Source of the DNA: an uncultured delta proteobacterium
GTDB taxonomy: Bacteria > Desulfobacterota > Binatia > UBA9968
Assembly (NCBI GenBank): GCA_963728565.1
Contig: CAVSLC010000023.1
Location: 1 to 64,000, forward strand
DNA length: 64,000 nucleotides
Reading direction: 5' to 3'
In this document: one piece after another, positions 57,773 through 64,000 of the stretch
How positions within the stretch are numbered: position 1 is the first letter of the stretch
Layout: each line of letters starts with the position of its first letter
Made by a program: the position numbers and the translations under genes
Notes under the pieces: generated by a model
Seen by the model: only the letters and a program-made list of their open reading frames with translations
Databases searched by the model: none
Told to the model about the DNA's origin: nothing

Positions 57773-58768
57773 ATGCCCTTTCGGTTTCATAATTCAAGGC
57801 TCGCAGCCACTTTGCTTCTGTCCCTGGTACTAGCCTTGGGTTCAACGGCAATGGCCGCCAACGCCGCCAAGAAAGTCAGTGTTATCTTCGCCGACTTCAG
57901 TGAACGCAGCGGACTCTTGTTTGTCGCCAAGGACCAAGGTTTCTTTGCTGAGCACGGATTGGACGCGGATATCGTGCAAGTGCGCAGCGGGCCGGTGGCG
58001 ATTTCAGCTTTGGCAGCAAACGAGGCGCAGTTCTATATCGTTTCCGCTACTGGCTCATCGCTCGGCGCTGTGGCGGCGGGATTGGATCTGGCGTATGTCG
58101 CCGGGCTGATCAATAAACTAGATGGTTATTTTGTGACATCGGCAAAAATTCGCAGTCCGGAGGACCTCAAAGGTAAAGCGATTGGCGTGCAGAGCATCGG
58201 CGGCGGGATCTGGATGTTCACACAAATGGCGCTGGATCATTGGGGCCTGAGCACTGAGAGAGACAAAATTCAGCTGCGCGTTCTCGGTGACCAGTCGGTA
58301 TTAGCTCAGGCGATGTCGACGGGATTGGTCGAGGGCGCGGTATTGGGTTACGCCTTCAGCCAGGTCGTGCAACGCAGCGGCGGCCGGGTACTGGCCGAAT
58401 TACCTAAGCTGAATATCCCATATCAGGGGGTCGGCTTGCTTGCCCGGCGCAGCTTGATTAACAGCTCCCCGGAGACGGTGGAGAAGACTCTTAGAGCACT
58501 GATCAAAGCCAATCGCTTCATACAGGACAAGAACAACCAGCCGGCGGTGCTGGCTAGCTTGCGTAAATGGTTGCGGCTTTCGCCCAATGAAGGCGGCGAG
58601 GAGTTATATGAAAGAATGCGAATTCTGTATGACCGCCGGATTATACCGAGCCGGGAGGGGATTCAAAACGCATTGCGCGTCCTGAGTAAGGCCGACCCGA
58701 AGTTTGCGAGGCTCAAAGCTGATGATCTCATCGATGATCGGATTGCGCGCAAGCTCGAGCGCGAGTGA
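57773..58768 (+). CDS. ABC-type substrate-binding protein, NMT1/THI5 family
   Basis: AGGAGG RBS; signal peptide, VAKDQGFF..HGLD and DLKGKAIGVQSIGGG. Confidence 0.85.
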   Translation: MPFRFHNSRLAATLLLSLVLALGSTAMAANAAKKVSVIFADFSERSGLLFVAKDQGFFAEHGLDADIVQVRSGPVAISALAANEAQFYIVSATGSSLGAVAAGLDLAYVAGLINKLDGYFVTSAKIRSPEDLKGKAIGVQSIGGGIWMFTQMALDHWGLSTERDKIQLRVLGDQSVLAQAMSTGLVEGAVLGYAFSQVVQRSGGRVLAELPKLNIPYQGVGLLARRSLINSSPETVEKTLRALIKANRFIQDKNNQPAVLASLRKWLRLSPNEGGEELYERMRILYDRRIIPSREGIQNALRVLSKADPKFARLKADDLIDDRIARKLERE

Positions 58769-58871
58769 TCGAGGCGCACTGCGCGCCACTGACCTCATTG
58801 TTCCTGAGCTGTCCCGGTGATGTGGGTCGATGCCCGCGTCGCCTTAAATTCGCCTTGAAAACTGAATCTTT

Positions 58872-59889
58872 ATGAAAAAAATGTTCATATGCTTTCTCGC
58901 CCTAGGGTTGTTCTACACTTTATCGATCAACACTGCTTTCAGTGCCGCGCCGCCGACAAAGGTCGTGATCAGTTACGCGGTATTGAGCGAGCGTGAGGGC
59001 GCGCTCTTTGTTGCGCGTGATCAGGGCTTTTTTCGTAAACAAGGGTTGGATGTGGATTTGGTTTACGTATCCAGCGCGCCTGTGGCTTTGGCGTCGATCG
59101 CCGCACGGCGATTCGCAGATCAATACGGCTTCGGTTTCCGGCGCGATTCTCGGGGCGATGGCCGGCGGCTTGGATCTGGTTTTCATCGCCGGTCTGGTAA
59201 ACCGGTTGACCGGAACGATCGTTTCCTCGCCTGAGATCAAAACTCCCGCCGAGCTGAAGGGCAAGACCATTGGGGTGACGAGCATCGGCGGTGGTAATTG
59301 GGTATTTACGATGCTCGCGCTCGAGCACTGGGGGCTCGACGTTAAGCGTGACAACATCACCATCCGGGTAATCGGTAACGACGCGGTACGCGCCCAGGCA
59401 ATGACTACCGGAGTCATCCATGCGACCCAGCTGTCGGCGTATTCGTCCGCAGCGATGCTTAAGCGCCAGGGTTACCGCGTTTTGGCTGATCTACCGGAGT
59501 TGGGCATTCCGTACCAGGGTACGACCGTGTTTGCCAGGCGCAGCTATGTCAATCAACAGCCCGAAGTCGTAGAAAAAATTCTGACCGCCATCGTCGAAGC
59601 CATCGCTTTCATACAGGACCCCGCCAACAAAGCAGCAGTCATGCGCAGCCTCGCCAAAGGCCTTCGCCTGCCCAAGCCCGAGGACACCGCCGATGGCTAC
59701 GAAATCATCAAGACGCTGTATGAGCGGAAGATCTATCCGACGGCGGACGGTATTCGAAATACCATCAGACTGTTAGGTGTGACCAACGAAAAAATTCGCG
59801 GCCTGCGCGCTGAAGATCTTATTGACGATAGAACCGTACGCAGGCTGGAGCAAAAAGGACTGTTTCAAGCGAGCCCGCGGTCACGCTAA
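58872..59889 (+). pseudogene. NMT1/THI5-family binding protein split by a +1 frameshift near 59102
   Basis: The first frame gives signal peptide...VARDQGFF...VALASIA; a second frame continues HGDSQINT...ELKGKTIGVTSIGGG. Tandem paralogue of 57773-58768. Confidence 0.8.
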
Positions 59890-60290
59890 TCCAACATGCA
59901 AAAGCTGGGTACGAATCCTCGCCGCCTTCTCAGCCAAGGCAGCGCTGCGGCTCAAAAGCCAATATCCTTCTGCCACTGCTGAAGTAATCTGTCCAATCGT
60001 CGAACGTGGAAATCTTTTGCGCCATCACTCATCTTCCTCTGGTATGCTCCGAATAATTTATCAGCAGACTATAGAGTCTATTGCGCAAAAGAGATGCCAC
60101 GGCATAGCGCCGGAAAAGGCGCGCTGTCGTGGAAACTTTCCGCTCCGGAGAAACTGTCGAAAAGTTTCTTAAGAACGCTGAATTTGAGGGGGAGAAGCGG
60201 CGGTTTGTTCTAGAGCCGCAGAACGATCGAACTCGTGCTGGAATTATTTTTAGGCTGAAGGAAGACTATGCAGTAATGCAGAGATGTCGA

Positions 60291-60680
60291 TCAAAGATCG
60301 TAAACCGGTGTATGGATCGCCACGTGCTTACCCAGGGCGATGGCGCTGACGATATCAGCCCGGCTGACGATGCCGACGACATTTGGGCCGCGCATCACCG
60401 GCAGCCGTTTGATCCGATGCGTGGTCATCAATCTGGCGATGTCTTCGACGGCGGTTTCTTCGGTGACGCTGATGATGTTCTTGCTCATGAGCGTTTTTAC
60501 ATCTTTGCCTCTTTTCGCAACGATGTCTGCTTCAGAAACCACGCCGATGATCTTGCCGTTCCGGCCCGCCACCGGCGCGCCGCTAATTTGGTTCTTGATA
60601 AGTGTCATGGCCAAATCTCTCTTCGTAGCTGTCGGGCTTACGGTAATCACGTCTTTCGTCATGATATCTTTAGCAAGCAT
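60291..60680 (-). CDS. CBS-pair domain protein
   Basis: AKDIMT..V, ISGAPV, GVVSEADI, IKRLPV and GIVSRADI; GGAGG RBS. Confidence 0.92.
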   Translation of the reverse strand: MLAKDIMTKDVITVSPTATKRDLAMTLIKNQISGAPVAGRNGKIIGVVSEADIVAKRGKDVKTLMSKNIISVTEETAVEDIARLMTTHRIKRLPVMRGPNVVGIVSRADIVSAIALGKHVAIHTPVYDL

Positions 60681-60689
60681 AATCGCCTC

Positions 60690-61703
60690 CTATAGGCCCT
60701 TTTGCGCCATTAATATCGCTAAATCAGCGACCCGGCAACTGTAGCCCCATTCGTTATCGTACCACGAAAGTACCTTAGCCATCTTATCCTCCAGTACGAC
60801 CGTCGATAAGCCGTCAACGATCGAAGAAGCAGGATTGCCACGAAAGTCGCTGGAAACCAAGGGTTCGTCGGAATACGCGAGGTAGCCGGCCATCTTTGCA
60901 GAGGCGGCGTTCTTTAGGGCTTCATTAATGTTACCTGCAGACGCCGGTTTTTTTAAGTTCACGACCAAATCGACCACCGATACAGTAGGGGTCGGCACGC
61001 GCAGCGAGAGGCCGTGCAGCTTGCCTTTCAATTCCGGCATGACCAAGCCGATGGCTTTTGCCGCGCCGGTGCTGGTCGGCACGATGTTAGTTGCGGCGGC
61101 GCGCGCCCGGCGCAAATCCTTATGCATCAGGTCAAGAATGCGCTGGTCGTTGGTATAGGCATGGACCGTGGTCATCAAACCTCGTTCAACGCCGAAAGTA
61201 TCGTGCAGGACCTTAGCCACCGGCGCCAGGCAATTGGTAGTGCACGAGGCGTTGGACACGATGTGATGCTGACGTGGATTATATTGTGAGTCGTTCACTC
61301 CCAGAACCACGGTGATGTCTTCGTGCGTCGCCGGTGCCGTGATGATCGCTTTCTTGGCGCCGGCATCCAGATGCGCTTTAACCTGTGCTCCGTCGGTAAA
61401 CACACCCGTTGATTCGATAACGATGTCCACCCCTAATTGCTTCCAGGGAAGCCGCGCCGGATCTTTTTGGTTATGAACTGCGATATTGTCACCGTCGATT
61501 CGAATCATCCCTTCGCCGGCTTCAACGGTCCCGGGGTATATGCCATAGGTCGAGTCGTAGCGAAACAGGTGCGCGTTGGTATGGAGATCGGCCATGTCAT
61601 TGACTGCAACAACCGCTAAATCTTTTTTGTAACGTTGCAGGATTGACCGTAAGACCAATCTGCCGATCCGGCCAAACCCGTTGATTGCGACCCTAGTTGC
61701 CAT
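60690..61703 (-). CDS. gap: Type I glyceraldehyde-3-phosphate dehydrogenase (copy B)
   Basis: [28 protein letters not shown] and WYDNEWGYS. Confidence 0.97.
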   Translation of the reverse strand: MATRVAINGFGRIGRLVLRSILQRYKKDLAVVAVNDMADLHTNAHLFRYDSTYGIYPGTVEAGEGMIRIDGDNIAVHNQKDPARLPWKQLGVDIVIESTGVFTDGAQVKAHLDAGAKKAIITAPATHEDITVVLGVNDSQYNPRQHHIVSNASCTTNCLAPVAKVLHDTFGVERGLMTTVHAYTNDQRILDLMHKDLRRARAAATNIVPTSTGAAKAIGLVMPELKGKLHGLSLRVPTPTVSVVDLVVNLKKPASAGNINEALKNAASAKMAGYLAYSDEPLVSSDFRGNPASSIVDGLSTVVLEDKMAKVLSWYDNEWGYSCRVADLAILMAQKGL

Positions 61704-61736
61704 CGATCCCCCCTTTTAGTCTAAAGCTATGATCGG

Positions 61737-63065
61737 CTAGACGCTGCCGAGAAGATCCGTTGCTAGATATTGATATCGGCTCTTGAACTCCTCAGGCGAG
61801 CAAAGTTTGTCCTTCGACGAGGCTGCCTGCGCCAGCAGCCGTAGCTTTTCACTGTCGGCGAAGTCCTCGTGCTCGAGCCGAATCATGTATTCGCGCGCTA
61901 CCTTGTAGGTGGGCTTGGTAATTCCGACCGAGCGAACGCGAGTTTTGCCGGTTTTGGAATCTTGCAAGCTGGTAAAGTCGAGATACTTCAATTCTCCATC
62001 CACTAAACACACGAGAGCGCCGGTGAGACTCGCAATTTTTGCGTCAGGATTGAGTAGAAACTCTACCGCGCCATAGCCAAGGGTGCGCACATAGTCACAG
62101 TCGAACGCAATCGGCGCCGCCGAACGGAGCTCGTAACCAATATTTTTGTGCACGATGCTCATTGAAGAGCCGCGGTTGGCGAAGCGATGCTCGACAAGAG
62201 TTTTCAATATATACGCCAAGTCAAGCTCGGCCAGGCGCAAGTGCCCATAACTGTCGTGAGCGATGCGCACCCCTTCGATGCTTTGCAGCTCCTCGGGCGG
62301 GACTCTCTCGAGCAAACCTTCGGCGATAACAGCGACACCGTCGGAACGATTCCACAACGTGGTGCGTTTCAAAATCGCGCCTTCGAGTATGTCGCAGACG
62401 CTTTCGAGATGCACCGTAGCGGGAAATTCCTCCGGAATAATCGTCAGGGTGGCGCCGGTGGACTTGCCGATTCCGAGAGCCAGATGCCCGGCTGTACGAC
62501 CCATAACCACGGCGAAATACCAGCGGCCGGTAGTGCGGGAGTCTTCCATTAGGTTTTGCACGAGAGCGCTGCCAACTTGACGGGCGGTTTCGAAGCCAAA
62601 GGTCGGTATCTCGCCAGGAAGCGGCAAATCATTGTCGATGGTCTTGGGAACATGGCAGACCCGGATGCGTCCGGCGGCATACTTGGCAACCTGGCTTGCG
62701 GCGTACATGGTATCGTCGCCGCCGATGGTCACTAGGTAACCGATCCCTAAACGGTCCAAGGTGGCGACCACCCGTTCAACATCCTCCGCCTTTTTGGTGG
62801 GGTTAGCGCGCGACGTATTGAGGATCGAGCCGCCCTGGAAGTGAATGCGCGAGACCTCATCTTTCTGCAGTTCCTTGGTCCTCGTCGTGTCGCCGCGCAT
62901 CAACCACTGAAACCCATCGTAGAGTCCGATCACTTTGCGAGCGCGATTGAGCGCTTCCAAGGTAACCGCTCCGATAACGCCATTGATGCCCGGCGCGGGT
63001 CCGCCACCTACCAGCACGCCAACGCTGGTGTTGGAACCTTTCGAAGGGACTGATTGCTTTTGCAT
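61737..63065 (-). CDS. pfp: Pyrophosphate-dependent phosphofructokinase
   Basis: GGGPAPG.N, GGDDT (Asp diagnostic of PPi use), PKTIDNDL, MGR.AGHLAL and GYELR. Confidence 0.92.
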   Translation of the reverse strand: MQKQSVPSKGSNTSVGVLVGGGPAPGINGVIGAVTLEALNRARKVIGLYDGFQWLMRGDTTRTKELQKDEVSRIHFQGGSILNTSRANPTKKAEDVERVVATLDRLGIGYLVTIGGDDTMYAASQVAKYAAGRIRVCHVPKTIDNDLPLPGEIPTFGFETARQVGSALVQNLMEDSRTTGRWYFAVVMGRTAGHLALGIGKSTGATLTIIPEEFPATVHLESVCDILEGAILKRTTLWNRSDGVAVIAEGLLERVPPEELQSIEGVRIAHDSYGHLRLAELDLAYILKTLVEHRFANRGSSMSIVHKNIGYELRSAAPIAFDCDYVRTLGYGAVEFLLNPDAKIASLTGALVCLVDGELKYLDFTSLQDSKTGKTRVRSVGITKPTYKVAREYMIRLEHEDFADSEKLRLLAQAASSKDKLCSPEEFKSRYQYLATDLLGSV

Positions 63066-63818
63066 GATTAAACCTGCCGCGCTGCAGTTTACACCTACTG
63101 AAAATGGTACATGAAGTTTATCGTTTTGGCACGCAAATCCAAGATGTCTGCGGCGAGTTTTCCTAGCGCCGGGAAGCTTGGACTGACGTCCGCAGATTTC
63201 CCCGAAATTTTCTCATACGAAACCGCATTATTGCTGGATTCCCTGGCACAGCCGTTGCGCAAGTTTTCTTGACGATGCTAGATGCGGCCGAAATGAAGGG
63301 AGATGTGGAGATTCAAGAAACGATCATCCTAAAGGAACCGGCAATTTCGCGGCTGCTGTTTGTAGGCTCAATGGGCTCGATCGCTGGGTACTGCCGGTTC
63401 TCGGCACACCCTGGAAACCGGGTCGCTTCTTTCGAGGAAATCGCGTCAGGAATGTGAGGTAATTGAATCGGGACTTCGAATTATCGGTGCTGATGATTGA
63501 CGTCGAGTCGACGAGTTTGCGGCCATCAAAGCATTCGCGACAACTTCCTCGAGCACAACCGGGAACTGATCACACGGGGCCATACGACACTGGGTCCGCG
63601 ACGGGCACGGCGATTTTCATTGCGAGCATGTCTGTGTTGCGTCGGAAGGAATTCAGATCTTGGACTGCATAGAATCCGATCCGCAACTGCGCTTGAATGC
63701 TCTCCCGAGGTCTGCCTCGATCTGTGTGCGCACAGATCAATTAAAAATCTCAGGCATTCGAGCGAATGGTTGCCAGGCCGATTGTCTACTACGGTTGGTA
63801 ATACGGGCTGACCCTGCT

Positions 63819-64000
63819 TCAGTGTTCTTGCAGCGACTGACACGAAGGGCAATGCTCTGATTCAGGCGAAAGCTCTAGATGTTCCATCCCGATGGGCTTA
63901 TGGCAAGCAACGCAAAGACCGTAGCGCTTATCCTTGACCCGGGTAAGGGCTTTATCAATCTGGGCCATCTCGCTACGGTACCACGCGGTGACACGATCAA
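63819..64000 (-). CDS. DksA/TraR C4 zinc-finger protein, C-terminal part (start beyond window; absent from ORF track)
   Basis: Manual translation: DRVTAWYRSEMAQIDKALTRVKDKRYGLCVACHKPIGMEHLELSPESEHCPSCQSLQEH*. Confidence 0.85.
   Translation of the reverse strand, partial: DRVTAWYRSEMAQIDKALTRVKDKRYGLCVACHKPIGMEHLELSPESEHCPSCQSLQEH

Noticed and set aside
63269-63800. Short ORFs upstream of pfp, including an EPAISRLLF fragment reminiscent of a DoxX-type N-terminus and a Cys-containing frame interrupted by TGA
   Set aside because: Fragments are too short and interrupted; I saw no SECIS-like evidence and cannot support gene, pseudogene or selenoprotein calls without searches.

Overview
Bacterial chromosomal window with no rRNA, tRNA, CRISPR or transposase that I can recognise. 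The gene mix (several orphan NMT1/THI5-type binding proteins, a bicupin, a VOC protein) resembles Candidatus Binatia or Deltaproteobacteria-like genomes; this is an inference only. (1) 1-29324, minus strand: a >29 kb Wzy-type exopolysaccharide/capsule operon that runs off the left edge. It is headed by an RfaH/NusG paralogue and encodes Wza, a Wzz/GumC co-polymerase, a CpsD/CapB-like protein lacking the Walker A lysine, a Wzy/ligase, a MurJ-type flippase, WecA and four GT4s. It also has an unusually large tailoring set: AsnB amidotransferase, sulfotransferase, three alkaline-phosphatase-superfamily proteins, two APH-like kinases (one degenerate), methyltransferase, PL1 lyase, an MDR-Gfo/Idh/MocA fusion plus a degenerate MDR paralogue, VanZ and an SGNH protein. 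The leader holds a perfect 32-bp palindrome next to an ops-like 12-mer. (2) 29913-42432: MASE1 hybrid kinase, alpha/beta hydrolase, a small Cys-rich protein flanked by oppositely oriented GTTCAA 9-bp-period arrays, and an ECF sigma/anti-sigma/periplasmic sensor plus MacAB-TolC module. That module has two matching ECF-type promoters, an internal terminator and two ATGA-coupled mini-ORFs between macA and macB. (3) 42679-64000: orphan binding proteins, VOC, bicupin, uvrB, uvrC (both apparently leaderless), comEC with a degenerate nuclease domain, epimerase, a Fet4-like pseudogene, peptidase E, two gap paralogues, CBS protein, PPi-dependent PFK and a partial DksA/TraR gene. All calls come from reading motifs by eye; no searches were run.
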